From assembly GCF_055900595.2 (NCBI RefSeq), contig NZ_CM148325.1: 64,000 nt of DNA; one strand, 5' to 3'. The notes under the pieces were generated by a model that searched no databases, was not told the origin of the DNA, and worked only from the letters and a program-made list of their open reading frames with translations. This document shows positions 42,657 through 54,495 of the stretch, one piece after another; the first letter of the stretch is position 1; each line of letters starts with the position of its first letter. The translations under genes and the position numbers were made by a program.

Positions 42657-43466
42657 ATGACCACTTTTACTAAAGAACAATTAATAGAGATAATTAAGCG
42701 CAATATAACGGTTATGGATCGTTATCCTGATTTAGTAACTGCACAAATGGATCTGGAAGTATACAAAATTGCGCTGGCATCACTGGAAGCAGAACCAGTT
42801 GCTTATATTTTCAAACATCCGGCCGGGAAATTATTCTGGGCTTTAACGGATGAAAGCAATAAAGAGCAACCGGACGTTATTCCTGTTTATGCTGACTCAC
42901 CTGCGCCGGTTGTGCCGGATGAAATAGACGTAAACGATGTACCAAGGGCGGTGACATATTTCAAGACACACAGAGATTGTTACGCAGATGGCTGGAACGC
43001 CTGCCGCGCCGCCATGCTTCAGTCCGGAAACTTTCGGGAAAACAAGAATTCGTCAACCAATAATTTTCGGGAAATCGCGGAAACGTCAACCAACTATCCG
43101 GTAATTCCTAGTGAGGTGTTGTCCGCAATCCTGAAGGTTGCCAAGATTCGTGCCGATTTCGATGATTTTGACGGTGACAGGCGAGGTATCGGTGATTGTC
43201 TGGATGAGGCTGAGCAAGAGCTTATCGTTACCATTAACAAATATGCCAGTCAGTTGGCAGCAGAACCGATAGCGACTAATGACGTTCGAGAGCAAACAGC
43301 CGTTCCGCCAGTTCCTGTAATACAGGCTGATGTCGCGCAGGCAATTGAAAAACTCAAACGGAAATTAGTGGAATGCAATCGCTATAACTACTGCGCAGAT
43401 GCAGTTAAGGGCGTTGAGTATGCCTGCCACGCTGCCACGCTGCCACGCTGCCATGCTTCAGGGTAG
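42657..43466 (+). CDS. Hypothetical early protein with 8-bp tandem repeat near its 3' end
   Basis: 269 aa ORF; C-terminus encoded by CTGCCACG x3. Confidence 0.5.
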   Translation: MTTFTKEQLIEIIKRNITVMDRYPDLVTAQMDLEVYKIALASLEAEPVAYIFKHPAGKLFWALTDESNKEQPDVIPVYADSPAPVVPDEIDVNDVPRAVTYFKTHRDCYADGWNACRAAMLQSGNFRENKNSSTNNFREIAETSTNYPVIPSEVLSAILKVAKIRADFDDFDGDRRGIGDCLDEAEQELIVTINKYASQLAAEPIATNDVREQTAVPPVPVIQADVAQAIEKLKRKLVECNRYNYCADAVKGVEYACHAATLPRCHASG

Positions 43467-43857
43467 CCAACCTGTAAGCCAAACTTACAAGTTTCCAGTT
43501 AATACACCTTGCCAGGATGCGCCAGCCCATATCTGGCTGCAAACAGCTGGAGTATGGCCAGAAGATGGCGAGTTAAGCGAATTAACGTGGTGCAGCCACA
43601 ATCAGCACCATGATGACACGCTATATGTTCGAGCTGACTTGGTAAATGGCAATTCTCCGGTAACTCCGGATGGTTGGATAAGCTGTAGTGATCGAATGCC
43701 AAACGAAGAAGATGTTTTGGTTTATTGCTCAGACACTAAAGAGCAGATGGTAGGGTTTCACAAAGGTAAAGGGTTATTTCAATTCTTTTACATGAATGGT
43801 GTTGAGGGGGTATGTGAGCCGTCACACTGGATGCCGCTACCAGAGCCTCCACTTTGA
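43399..43857 (+). CDS. DUF551-like protein (overlapping ORF in another frame)
   Basis: C-terminal motif HWMPLPEPP as I recall for DUF551; true start uncertain. Confidence 0.4.
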   Translation: MQLRALSMPATLPRCHAAMLQGSQPVSQTYKFPVNTPCQDAPAHIWLQTAGVWPEDGELSELTWCSHNQHHDDTLYVRADLVNGNSPVTPDGWISCSDRMPNEEDVLVYCSDTKEQMVGFHKGKGLFQFFYMNGVEGVCEPSHWMPLPEPPL

Positions 43858-43953
43858 AAGCGAAGCTTATACATATCTTTTACATCAGCAATCTATTGTT
43901 AATCTCCAATCAATGTTACGTTGTCATCTCACTCATGCTTTGGAGGTAGTGAT

Positions 43954-44133
43954 ATGTCTTGTCCAAAATGCGGTTCTGGAAATATTGCAAAAGAAAAAAC
44001 AATGCGTGGATGGTCTGGTGATTATGTGTGCTGCGATTGCGGATACAACGACTCTAAAGACGCATTTGGAGAGCGTGGTAAAAACGAGTTTGTCAAAATT
44101 AATAAAGATCGCGAAGGCAACGGAAAAAGCTAA
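43954..44133 (+). CDS. Small zinc-ribbon protein
   Basis: 59 aa MSCPKCGSGNIAKEK...CCDCGYN; RBS GGAGG. Confidence 0.45.
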   Translation: MSCPKCGSGNIAKEKTMRGWSGDYVCCDCGYNDSKDAFGERGKNEFVKINKDREGNGKS

Positions 44134-44198
44134 TTTATTTATTCATATATGAAAACAATGTAACCAATATTCGAATTGAAGAACTGAAAGAACACCAA

Positions 44199-44220
44199 GC
44201 CGCCTGATGGCGGTTTTTTC
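44199..44220 (+). terminator. Hairpin plus T-run upstream of xis
   Basis: GCCGCCTGATGGCGG followed by TTTTTTC. Confidence 0.5.
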
Positions 44221-44246
44221 TTGCGTGTAATTGCGGAGACTTTGCG

Positions 44247-44465
44247 ATGTACTTGACACTTCAGGAGTGGAACGCACGCCAGCGACGCCCAAGAAGCCTT
44301 GAAACAGTTCGTCGATGGGTACGCGAGTGCAGGATATTCCCTCCTCCGGTTAAGGATGGAAGAGAGTATCTGTTCCACGAATCAGCGGTAAAGGTTGACT
44401 TAAATCGACCAGTAACAGGTAGCCTTTTGAAGAGGATCAGAAATGGGAAGAAGGCGAAGTCATGA
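44247..44465 (+). CDS. xis: Excisionase Xis
   Basis: 72 aa MYLTLQEWNARQRRPRSLETVRRWVRECRIFPPPVKDGREYLFHESAVKVDLNRP, lambda Xis. Confidence 0.92.
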   Translation: MYLTLQEWNARQRRPRSLETVRRWVRECRIFPPPVKDGREYLFHESAVKVDLNRPVTGSLLKRIRNGKKAKS

Positions 44466-45513
44466 GCGCCGGGATTTACCCCCTAACCTTTATATAAGAA
44501 ACAATGGATATTACTGCTACAGGGACCCAAGGACGGGTAAAGAGTTTGGATTAGGCAGAGACAGGCGAATCGCAATCACTGAAGCCATACAGGCCAACAT
44601 TGAGTTATTTTCAGGACACAAACACAAGCCTCTGACAGCGAGAATCAACAGTGATAATTCCGTTACGTTACATTCATGGCTTGATCGCTACGAAAAAATC
44701 CTGGCCAGCAGAGGAATCAAGCAGAAGACACTCATAAATTACATGAGCAAAATTAAAGCAATAAGGAGGGGTCTGCCTGATGCTCCACTTGAAGACATCA
44801 CCACAAAAGAAATTGCGGCAATGCTCAATGGATACATAGACGAGGGCAAGGCGGCGTCAGCCAAGTTAATCAGATCAACACTGAGCGATGGATTCCGAGA
44901 GGCAATAGCTGAAGGCCATATAACAACAAACCCTGTCGCTGCCACTCGCGCAGCAAAATCAGAGGTAAGGAGATCAAGACTTACGGCTGACGAATACCTG
45001 AAAATTTATCAAGCAGCAGAATCATCACCATGTTGGCTCAGACTTGCAATGGAACTGGCTGTTGTTACCGGGCAACGAGTTGGTGATTTATGCGAAATGA
45101 AGTGGTCTGATATCGTAGATGGATATCTTTATGTCGAGCAAAGCAAAACAGGCGTAAAAATTGCCATCCCAACAGCATTGCATGTTGATGCTCTCGGAAT
45201 ATCAATGAAGGAAACACTTGATAAATGCAAAGAGATTCTTGGCGGAGAAACCATAATTGCATCTACTCGTCGCGAACCGCTTTCATCCGGCACAGTATCA
45301 AGGTATTTTATGCGCGCACGAAAAGCATCAGGTCTTTCCTTCGAAGGGGATCCGCCTACCTTTCACGAGTTGCGCAGTTTGTCTGCAAGACTCTATGAGA
45401 AGCAGATAAGCGATAAGTTTGCTCAACATCTTCTCGGGCATAAGTCGGACACCATGGCATCACAGTATCGTGATGACAGAGGCAGGGAGTGGGACAAAAT
45501 TGAAATCAAATAA
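44443..45513 (+). CDS. int: Tyrosine integrase Int
   Basis: 356 aa MGRRRSHERRDLPPNLYIRNNGYYCYRDPRTGKEFGLGRDRRIAITEAIQAN...; overlaps xis; catalytic R/HxxR/Y region (HELRSL...Y); lambda Int. Confidence 0.95.
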   Translation: MGRRRSHERRDLPPNLYIRNNGYYCYRDPRTGKEFGLGRDRRIAITEAIQANIELFSGHKHKPLTARINSDNSVTLHSWLDRYEKILASRGIKQKTLINYMSKIKAIRRGLPDAPLEDITTKEIAAMLNGYIDEGKAASAKLIRSTLSDGFREAIAEGHITTNPVAATRAAKSEVRRSRLTADEYLKIYQAAESSPCWLRLAMELAVVTGQRVGDLCEMKWSDIVDGYLYVEQSKTGVKIAIPTALHVDALGISMKETLDKCKEILGGETIIASTRREPLSSGTVSRYFMRARKASGLSFEGDPPTFHELRSLSARLYEKQISDKFAQHLLGHKSDTMASQYRDDRGREWDKIEIK

Positions 45514-45586
45514 TGATTTTATTTTGACTGATAGTGACCTGTTCGTTGCAACAAATTGATAAGCAATGCTTTTTTATAATGCCAAC

Positions 45587-45601
45587 TTAGTATAAAAAAG
45601 C
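45587..45601. repeat. Prophage-host junction core (gal-proximal), int-adjacent
   Basis: TTAGTATAAAAAAGC preceded by lambda P'-arm-like sequence (TGATAGTGACCTGTTCGTTGCAACAAATTGATAAGCAATGCTTTTTTATAATGCCAACT) and followed by host AGGC. Confidence 0.85.
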
Positions 45602-45647
45602 AGGCTTCAACGGATTCATTTTTCTATTTCATAGCCCGGAGCAACCT

Positions 45648-46931
45648 GTGAACACATTTTCAGTTTCCCGTCTGGCGCTGGCATTGGCTTTTGGCGTGAC
45701 GCTGACCGCCTGTAGCTCAACACCGCCCGATCAACGTCCTTCTGATCAAACCGCGCCTGGTACCTCTTCTCGCCCGATTCTGTCGGCAAAAGAAGCGCAG
45801 AATTTCGATGCTCAACACTATTTTGCGTCCCTGACGCCAGGTGCTGCAGCGTGGAATCCTTCCCCGATTACTCTGCCTGCGCAACCTGACTTTGTTGTCG
45901 GCCCGGCGGGTACTCCGGGTGTAACGCATACCACGATTCAGGCGGCGGTAGATGCGGCAATTATCAAGCGCACCAACAAGCGCCAGTATATTGCCGTGAT
46001 GCCTGGTGAGTATCAGGGAACGGTGTATGTCCCTGCTGCTCCGGGTGGAATTACTCTGTACGGTACAGGTGAAAAACCGATTGATGTGAAGATTGGGCTT
46101 TCCCTTGATGGGAGCATGAGCCCTGCCGACTGGCGTCACGACGTCAACCCGCGCGGCAAATATATGCCAGGTAAACCAGCGTGGTATATGTACGATAGCT
46201 GCCAGAGCAAACGCAGCGACAGTATCGGCGTTCTGTGTTCTGCGGTCTTCTGGTCACAAAACAACGGCCTGCAACTGCAAAACCTGACCATCGAAAACAC
46301 GCTGGGTGATAGCGTAGATGCGGGTAACCATCCGGCGGTGGCACTGCGTACTGATGGCGACAAAGTGCAGATCAATAACGTCAACATTCTCGGTCGTCAG
46401 AATACATTCTTTGTCACCAACAGTGGTGTGCAAAACCGTCTGGAAACCAACCGTCAGCCGCGTACTCTGGTGACCAACAGTTACATTGAAGGGGATGTGG
46501 ATATCGTTTCTGGTCGCGGCGCAGTGGTGTTCGATAATACCGAATTCCGCGTGGTGAACTCACGTACTCAGCAAGAAGCGTATGTGTTTGCACCGGCTAC
46601 GCTGTCTAACATCTATTACGGTTTCCTCGCCGTAAACAGCCGCTTCAATGCTTCCGGTGATGGCGTGGCGCAACTGGGCCGCTCGCTGGATGTTGATGCC
46701 AATACCAACGGTCAGGTGGTGATCCGTGATAGCGCCATCAACGAAGGTTTTAACACGGCTAAACCGTGGGCCGATGCGGTGATTTCCAATCGCCCGTTTG
46801 CGGGTAATACTGGCAACGTTGATGATAACGACGAAGTACAGCGTAATCTGAATGACACTAACTACAACCGCATGTGGGAATACAATAACCGCGGCGTGGG
46901 TAGCAAAGTGGTTGCAGAGGCGAAGAAGTAA
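45648..46931 (+). CDS. ybhC: Pectinesterase-family outer-membrane lipoprotein
   Basis: GTG start; MNTFSVSRLALALAFGVTLTACSS lipobox; 427 aa. Confidence 0.85.
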   Translation: MNTFSVSRLALALAFGVTLTACSSTPPDQRPSDQTAPGTSSRPILSAKEAQNFDAQHYFASLTPGAAAWNPSPITLPAQPDFVVGPAGTPGVTHTTIQAAVDAAIIKRTNKRQYIAVMPGEYQGTVYVPAAPGGITLYGTGEKPIDVKIGLSLDGSMSPADWRHDVNPRGKYMPGKPAWYMYDSCQSKRSDSIGVLCSAVFWSQNNGLQLQNLTIENTLGDSVDAGNHPAVALRTDGDKVQINNVNILGRQNTFFVTNSGVQNRLETNRQPRTLVTNSYIEGDVDIVSGRGAVVFDNTEFRVVNSRTQQEAYVFAPATLSNIYYGFLAVNSRFNASGDGVAQLGRSLDVDANTNGQVVIRDSAINEGFNTAKPWADAVISNRPFAGNTGNVDDNDEVQRNLNDTNYNRMWEYNNRGVGSKVVAEAKK

Positions 46932-46937
46932 AAGCGA

Positions 46938-47160
<223 letters not shown>

Positions 47161-47163
47161 TTT

Positions 47164-49425
47164 TTACATCTGACGGTTTTTATTGAAGTTAATCAAACTA
47201 CCCGCCTTGATAATCTCGCGCTCTTCAGCAGTCAGACTTTCCATATAGAGCGTAATCTCTGTTACCGGCGCATCTTCATGGATCACATAACCTTTAAACG
47301 TCGTCCCCGGATTATCCAGCGCCGCTTTAATGCCAGGGATGTAAATGTAATCGCCCACTTCAAAGTTCGGTGCTTCCGCCATCTGCAGCGGTAACATTCC
47401 CCAGTTGATGACGTTAGAACGGTAGCGTTTAGTCGCGTATTCCTCGGCAATATTCGCCAGACCGCCAATCACACGCTGGCAGCTCGCCGCCTGCTCACGC
47501 GCAGAACCATCGCCTGGTTTCACCGCATAGACCATGCTGCCAATTTCAGTTTGCAGCGGATCAATATGCTCCTGACCAGCAATCTGCTTAATGCGCGCAA
47601 ACACCTCTGTCAGCTCGCTGACATTGCCCGCCAGACGCTGATTTTCCAGCTCAGCAGTCGCTTTACTTCTGCCAACATAACCTGGATCGCGGCGTGACAG
47701 GGTAAACTCCGCCAAACCAATCGGATTTGAACGATAAGAAGAGGTTTCACCGGAAGGAATCAGTTCGTCGGTGGTGGTGACTTCGTCGAGGATCTTCGAG
47801 CACACTTTGAGGACGATATTGTCAGTCAGCGCCCCCAATTCCGGCCAGTCTTTAATGTTCGGTCCGTAAATCAGCGGTTGCTGGGTCGCCCCTTTCACAA
47901 AGCCCTGATAAACACGGTTTTTATACGGCGTTACATCGAAGGCGTACTCCGGCACGTTGTCCCAGCAATCGAGTTCGCTGGCAGAGGTTAAATAGCCTCC
48001 GTTTGCCGCAGTCGCAGCAATAGAACGGGCGTCCATCAACGCCACCGCTGACATCTGACCATTAGCTGGCTTAGAGCCTTCGCGGTTCGGGAAGTTACGC
48101 GTGGTGTGGCGAATACTCAAACCGTTGTTGATTGGCGTATCACCCGCACCGAAGCATGGGCCGCAGAACGCGGTTCTGATGATTGCGCCTGCGCCAATCA
48201 AATCTGCTACCATGCCTTTTTTGGCTAAATCCATAAACACCGACTGTGATGACGGATAAACCGCCAGCGAGAAGGTGTCATTGCCACAGGATTGACCGCG
48301 CAGCGCATTCGCCGCCGCGATGACGTTTTCGTAGTTACCGCCAGAACAGCCCGCGATAATCCCCTGCTGCACTTTCAGGCGACCATTTTCCACTTTATCC
48401 AGCAGCGAGAGTTTGGCTTTACCGTGCGCCACGCGCTCGGACTCAATTTCAATCTCACGCAGAATGTCAGTCAGGTTCTGGTTCAGCATGTCGATTTCAT
48501 ACACGTTGCTCGGGTGGAACGGCAGCGCAATCATTGGTTTGATGGCGCTTAAATCAACGCTGATGCAGCCATCGTAGTACGCCATCGGTTGAGGGTTAAG
48601 CTGGCAGTAATCCTGGCCGCGACCGTGCAGCGCCAGCCAGTTATGGACTTCTTCATCAGTTTGCCAGACAGAACTTAAACAGGTAGTTTCAGTGGTCATC
48701 ACGTCAACGCTGTTACGGAAATCGGTAGAGAGCGCCGCAACACCGGGACCCACGAACTCCATCACTTTGTTTTTGACGTAGCCGTTTTTGAACACGGCAC
48801 CGATGATAGCCAGCGCCACATCCTGCGGCCCCACATACGGCGCAGGTTTTCCGGTCAAATGCACCGCAACAACTCCCGGATAGTCGATATCCCAGGTGTC
48901 ATTAAGCAGCTGTTTTACCAACTCACCGCCACCCTCACCGACTGCCATTGTCCCTAATGCACCGTAACGGGTGTGGCTGTCTGACCCGAGGATCATTTTG
49001 CCGCCGCCTGCCATCATCTCACGCATATATTGATGGATGACCGCAATATGTGGAGGCACAAAAATACCGCCATAACGCTGCGCTGCCGATAAACCAAAAA
49101 CATGGTCATCACCGTTAATGGTGCCGCCGACGGCGCAGAGTGAGTTATGGCAGTTGGTCAGCACATACGGCAGCGGGAAACGTTCCATACCGGACGCTTT
49201 AGCGGTCTGTACAATACCAACAAAGGTAATATCGTGAGAGGCTAATGAATCAAACTTAATTTTAAGTTTATCCATATTTCCGGACGTATTATGAGAAGAG
49301 AGAATAGACCAGGCAATAGTGCCTTTTTTTGCTTCTTCTTTTTTAATTTCGCCGGTGAAATGTTCTTCGGCAATTATTTCGTTATTACTGGCGAGAAACA
49401 CGCCTTTTTCAGATAACTTGATCAT
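47164..49425 (-). CDS. ybhJ: Aconitase-family protein
   Basis: ~753 aa from internal [11 protein letters not shown]; aconitase-like Cys residues; position as in K-12. Confidence 0.8.
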   Translation of the reverse strand: MIKLSEKGVFLASNNEIIAEEHFTGEIKKEEAKKGTIAWSILSSHNTSGNMDKLKIKFDSLASHDITFVGIVQTAKASGMERFPLPYVLTNCHNSLCAVGGTINGDDHVFGLSAAQRYGGIFVPPHIAVIHQYMREMMAGGGKMILGSDSHTRYGALGTMAVGEGGGELVKQLLNDTWDIDYPGVVAVHLTGKPAPYVGPQDVALAIIGAVFKNGYVKNKVMEFVGPGVAALSTDFRNSVDVMTTETTCLSSVWQTDEEVHNWLALHGRGQDYCQLNPQPMAYYDGCISVDLSAIKPMIALPFHPSNVYEIDMLNQNLTDILREIEIESERVAHGKAKLSLLDKVENGRLKVQQGIIAGCSGGNYENVIAAANALRGQSCGNDTFSLAVYPSSQSVFMDLAKKGMVADLIGAGAIIRTAFCGPCFGAGDTPINNGLSIRHTTRNFPNREGSKPANGQMSAVALMDARSIAATAANGGYLTSASELDCWDNVPEYAFDVTPYKNRVYQGFVKGATQQPLIYGPNIKDWPELGALTDNIVLKVCSKILDEVTTTDELIPSGETSSYRSNPIGLAEFTLSRRDPGYVGRSKATAELENQRLAGNVSELTEVFARIKQIAGQEHIDPLQTEIGSMVYAVKPGDGSAREQAASCQRVIGGLANIAEEYATKRYRSNVINWGMLPLQMAEAPNFEVGDYIYIPGIKAALDNPGTTFKGYVIHEDAPVTEITLYMESLTAEEREIIKAGSLINFNKNRQM

Positions 49426-49607
49426 CAAATGCTCCAGATATCTGCGCACCGTTAAGTACGCAGAAAGATAATAAATGGATATACTCTAAATAATTCGAGT
49501 TGCAGGAAGGCGGCAAGCGAGTGAATCCCCAGGAGCTTACATAAGTAAGTGACTGGGGTGAGCGAACGCAGACGCAGCACATGCAACTTGAAGTATGACG
49601 AGTATAT

Positions 49608-51041
49608 TTACAGCATGTTCCAGCCGATCAGCATATTCCACCACCACACGCCGAGGGTGATATGTACCAGGAAGGTTAATATCGTCAGTACCGCACCGAC
49701 TAACCACCAGGATTTAATATCGTTATAGCCTACGCCGAAGATGACCGGACCTGCCGCACCGCCATAGTGAGTAACCATGCCGCCATAGGAGTTGGAGAAA
49801 AGCAGCGCCAGCGCAGTTAACATTAACGGTGCGCCGGAGACGTTCGCCAGCATGGCAAATACCGGTAACATGGCAACGATATAGGCACTACCGGAAGCAA
49901 AGAAATAACGCACGATGATGCTAAGGAAAATAATAACGAAGAAAGCTACGTTACCATGACCGTCAAATGCCAGGTTATTTTTAAAGACTTCAGCTAACCA
50001 TTCGAAGAATTTAACTTTCGATAATAAGGAGCTTAAGCCGATAATACCGCCGTACCAGATTAAGGTATTCCAGCCGCCTTTATTTTTCACCACGTCTTCC
50101 CAGGTAACGATCCCCAGCAGCAGCATGGTCGCCATAACAACGATTGCCACAGTGGATTCATCTACCCCGAGCGTTTTACTGAAAATCCAGCCCAACAGCG
50201 CCAGCACAAAGACACCGAGCAGCATTTTTTCGCGGATTTTCATCGGCCCCAGTTCAGCAAGGCCCGCTTTGGCGATAGTTTTGTTATCCACTTTCTTAAT
50301 TTCTGGCGGATACATGGTGTAAATCACCAGCGGAGTGACCAGCAGCATAATGATGCCCGGTAAACCAGCGGCCAGTGCCCATCCACCCCAGCTAATTTGC
50401 AGGTGCAGAATGTCGTTGATCATTTTCAGCGCCAGAATGTTCCCCGCCATTGCGGTAAAGAACATATAGCTGGTGGTTTTGGTGACCATGTAAATGGACA
50501 TCATCAGGTAATGTCCGACACGACGCGGGCTTTTTTCAGGTTCTGACCCCAAAGCCACCGCCACGCTGTTGATGATCGGTAACACAATGCCGCCCGCACG
50601 CGCGGTGTTAGACGGTGTTGCCGGAGCCAGTACCAGATCGAGGAATACCGTAACGTAACCCAGCCCCAGCGTGGTGTTACCGATTTTACCAATCAGCAGA
50701 TAGGCTATACGTTTGCCTAAGCCGGTGGTCACAAATGCGGCGCTTAAGGTAAACGCCGAGAACACCAGCCAGGTGGTACCTGAAGAGTAACCGCTTAATA
50801 CGGCGGTAGTCTTAAATGCACCAGCGGATAAATTACCGACCACCACCATTGAGGCAGCAACGGCAATTAACAGTACGACAGGTTCCGGGAAAGGCTTGAT
50901 AACCAGCCCGACGATTGCTGCCAGGTAAATACCAAAAAGCACCCACGCCAGTTCGCTTAATCCTGCCGGAGCTGGCATAAAGCCAATAATACATGGGATC
51001 GCTAATATCAGAATTAGCTTCCATAACGATTTTTTATTCAT
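49608..51041 (-). CDS. ybhI: Anion transporter (DASS family)
   Basis: 477 aa multi-pass membrane protein. Confidence 0.8.
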   Translation of the reverse strand: MNKKSLWKLILILAIPCIIGFMPAPAGLSELAWVLFGIYLAAIVGLVIKPFPEPVVLLIAVAASMVVVGNLSAGAFKTTAVLSGYSSGTTWLVFSAFTLSAAFVTTGLGKRIAYLLIGKIGNTTLGLGYVTVFLDLVLAPATPSNTARAGGIVLPIINSVAVALGSEPEKSPRRVGHYLMMSIYMVTKTTSYMFFTAMAGNILALKMINDILHLQISWGGWALAAGLPGIIMLLVTPLVIYTMYPPEIKKVDNKTIAKAGLAELGPMKIREKMLLGVFVLALLGWIFSKTLGVDESTVAIVVMATMLLLGIVTWEDVVKNKGGWNTLIWYGGIIGLSSLLSKVKFFEWLAEVFKNNLAFDGHGNVAFFVIIFLSIIVRYFFASGSAYIVAMLPVFAMLANVSGAPLMLTALALLFSNSYGGMVTHYGGAAGPVIFGVGYNDIKSWWLVGAVLTILTFLVHITLGVWWWNMLIGWNML

Positions 51042-51115
51042 TTAAAATCCTGTTCTTTCTGTATGACTTATACAGAAGTCCTTTGTTAATTGCCCTTATC
51101 ACGACAACGACCTTT

Positions 51116-52168
51116 TCAGGGAAGATAAACTTCACCGGAAAATATTTTTCTGGTCGTCCGAATAACAGATGCGCGTAAGGTTGTGGCATCCTGACCTTCA
51201 TTGCTTAAATGAACGTCGAGCGCACCACTGGGATGTTCAATATTGATATTGCCATATCCTACAGAAGGGACGATTTGTCGGGTGACGGTGCCTTCCAATG
51301 CACAACTACTGGAAATGGCAATAGCACCGGTTATCGCCAGCGCACGATGGCAGGAGTGCGGCATAAAATAACGCACATTAATTGCCCCGCCTTTCTGTGC
51401 TGGAGAAATAAGCACAGGCTTAGGGATAACCATATTACTGACATCACCTAAGCCCATTGCTTTACCCGCTTGTAGGCGGATAGATTCAATGCGGGCTAAT
51501 AATGTTTTGTCGGCATCCAGTTCCGCCGGTAATTCATAGCCTGTTTTACCCAAATAATCAGCCGGAATAATGACGACTGGCATCGCCATATCGATACAAG
51601 TCACTGGAACATCGTCAAAATAATCGATCTGATTATCAGTCGGGAAAACTTTTCCGGTTTTGGTTCCAGCGGCATTCAGGAAAGTGAGCGCAACCGGTGC
51701 GGCAGTACCCGGTACGCCGTCAATTCTGGTGCTACCCTCGTACTCGACAACACCATTTGGCGTTTGCACATCAGCTTCGATGAACGTACCCGTATTGACG
51801 TTGCGGATACGTACGCGGGTAACTGGCGAAGTCGCTGCAATCAAACCATTTTCAATGGCGAATGCCCCAACGCCAGACAGCATATTGCCGCAGTTAGGTG
51901 TAGTGTCGACACGTTGCTCATGGACGATAACCTGAGCAAACAGATAATCGACGTCAGCACGCGGATCGCTGGAACGGCTAATTATGGCGACTTTACTGGT
52001 CAGCGGATTACCGCCGCCAATACCGTCAATTTCCAGATCGTTACCGGAACCCATAATTGCCATCAATATTTTATCGCGCTGCGTTTGATCTTCGGGTAGA
52101 TGTTCCGCTAACAGGAACGCGCCCCTCGAGGTTCCACCTCGCATCATCACGCAGGGTATTTTTTTCAT
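51116..52168 (-). CDS. ybhH: PrpF-family isomerase
   Basis: 350 aa MKKIPCVMMRGGTSRGAFL. Confidence 0.8.
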   Translation of the reverse strand: MKKIPCVMMRGGTSRGAFLLAEHLPEDQTQRDKILMAIMGSGNDLEIDGIGGGNPLTSKVAIISRSSDPRADVDYLFAQVIVHEQRVDTTPNCGNMLSGVGAFAIENGLIAATSPVTRVRIRNVNTGTFIEADVQTPNGVVEYEGSTRIDGVPGTAAPVALTFLNAAGTKTGKVFPTDNQIDYFDDVPVTCIDMAMPVVIIPADYLGKTGYELPAELDADKTLLARIESIRLQAGKAMGLGDVSNMVIPKPVLISPAQKGGAINVRYFMPHSCHRALAITGAIAISSSCALEGTVTRQIVPSVGYGNINIEHPSGALDVHLSNEGQDATTLRASVIRTTRKIFSGEVYLP

Positions 52169-52351
52169 AATAATGCCCTCAATTTAAAAACATAACTTAT
52201 TGCGATATGGTTACATTAAGGGCAAAGCATCTCTAATGACTTTAGCTCAACGATTAATAACATTTTTTCATTAATTTAAGTTGGCTAAATGCAGTTAAAA
52301 TTTTTAACGGCCTGTCATCCAAAATCGTCGCATCCATTTTTCGGAGTAATA

Positions 52352-53305
52352 ATGAAGCATGAATTATCAAGTATGAAGGCATTTGTCATACTGGCAGAGT
52401 CCAGTTCATTTAACAATGCTGCTAAATTACTCAATATTACGCAACCTGCATTAACGCGAAGAATAAAAAAGATGGAAGAGGATTTACATATTCAACTATT
52501 TGAGCGTACAACTCGCAAGGTTACGTTAACAAAAGCAGGAAAAAGGTTGCTCCCGGAGGCACGGGAATTAATAAAGAAATTCGATGAAACGCTTTTTAAT
52601 ATTCGTGATATGAATGCTTATCATCGTGGTATGGTGACGTTAGCGTGTATTCCGACCGCAGTATTTTATTTTTTACCACTGGCAATCGGTAAATTTAATG
52701 AGCTGTATCCCAATATTAAAGTGCGGATTCTGGAACAAGGCACGAATAATTGCATGGAATCGGTGCTGTGTAACGAATCAGACTTTGGCATAAACATGAA
52801 CAACGTCACAAATTCATCCATTGATTTTACCCCACTGGTCAACGAGCCGTTTGTGCTGGCCTGTCGGCGTGACCACCCATTAGCCAAAAAGCAGCTTGTA
52901 GAATGGCAGGAGTTAGTAGGTTACAAAATGATTGGCGTACGCTCCTCCCGCGGCAACCGACTGCTGATAGAACAGCAACTGGCCGACAAGCCCTGGAAGC
53001 TGGATTGGTTTTACGAAGTGCGTCATCTTTCGACGTCGTTAGGACTGGTAGAGGCGGGACTGGGGATTTCAGCGCTTCCTGGTCTTGCAATGCCCCATGC
53101 GCCCTATTCTTCCATTATTGGTATCCCGCTGGTGGAACCCGTTATACGTCGGACATTGGGGATTATTCGCCGCAAAGATGCCGTACTTTCTCCGGCTGCA
53201 GAACGCTTTTTTGCCTTGCTGATTAATTTATGGACCGACGATAAAGACAACTTGTGGACCAATATCGTCGAACGCCAGAGACATGCGTTACAGGAGATAG
53301 GTTAA
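52352..53305 (+). CDS. ybhD: LysR-family transcriptional regulator
   Basis: From internal ATG MKHELSSMKAFVILAESSSFNNAAKLLNITQPALTRRIKKMEEDL (HTH); divergent from ybhH. Confidence 0.8.
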   Translation: MKHELSSMKAFVILAESSSFNNAAKLLNITQPALTRRIKKMEEDLHIQLFERTTRKVTLTKAGKRLLPEARELIKKFDETLFNIRDMNAYHRGMVTLACIPTAVFYFLPLAIGKFNELYPNIKVRILEQGTNNCMESVLCNESDFGINMNNVTNSSIDFTPLVNEPFVLACRRDHPLAKKQLVEWQELVGYKMIGVRSSRGNRLLIEQQLADKPWKLDWFYEVRHLSTSLGLVEAGLGISALPGLAMPHAPYSSIIGIPLVEPVIRRTLGIIRRKDAVLSPAAERFFALLINLWTDDKDNLWTNIVERQRHALQEIG

Positions 53306-53345
53306 TACTCCGGCGCAGGAGAGACTGCGCCGGGTGAATCAGCGG

Positions 53346-54377
<1,032 letters not shown>

Positions 54378-54495
54378 CTAAAATTAGTCGCTTTTGGCGG
54401 TGAATGCTGAATTAAAACGCAGAATTTTGTCCGATAGTGGTATCGGTGTACCATTCGCGCAGACGAAAATTCTTAACCTTAATCTGGAATACGCC

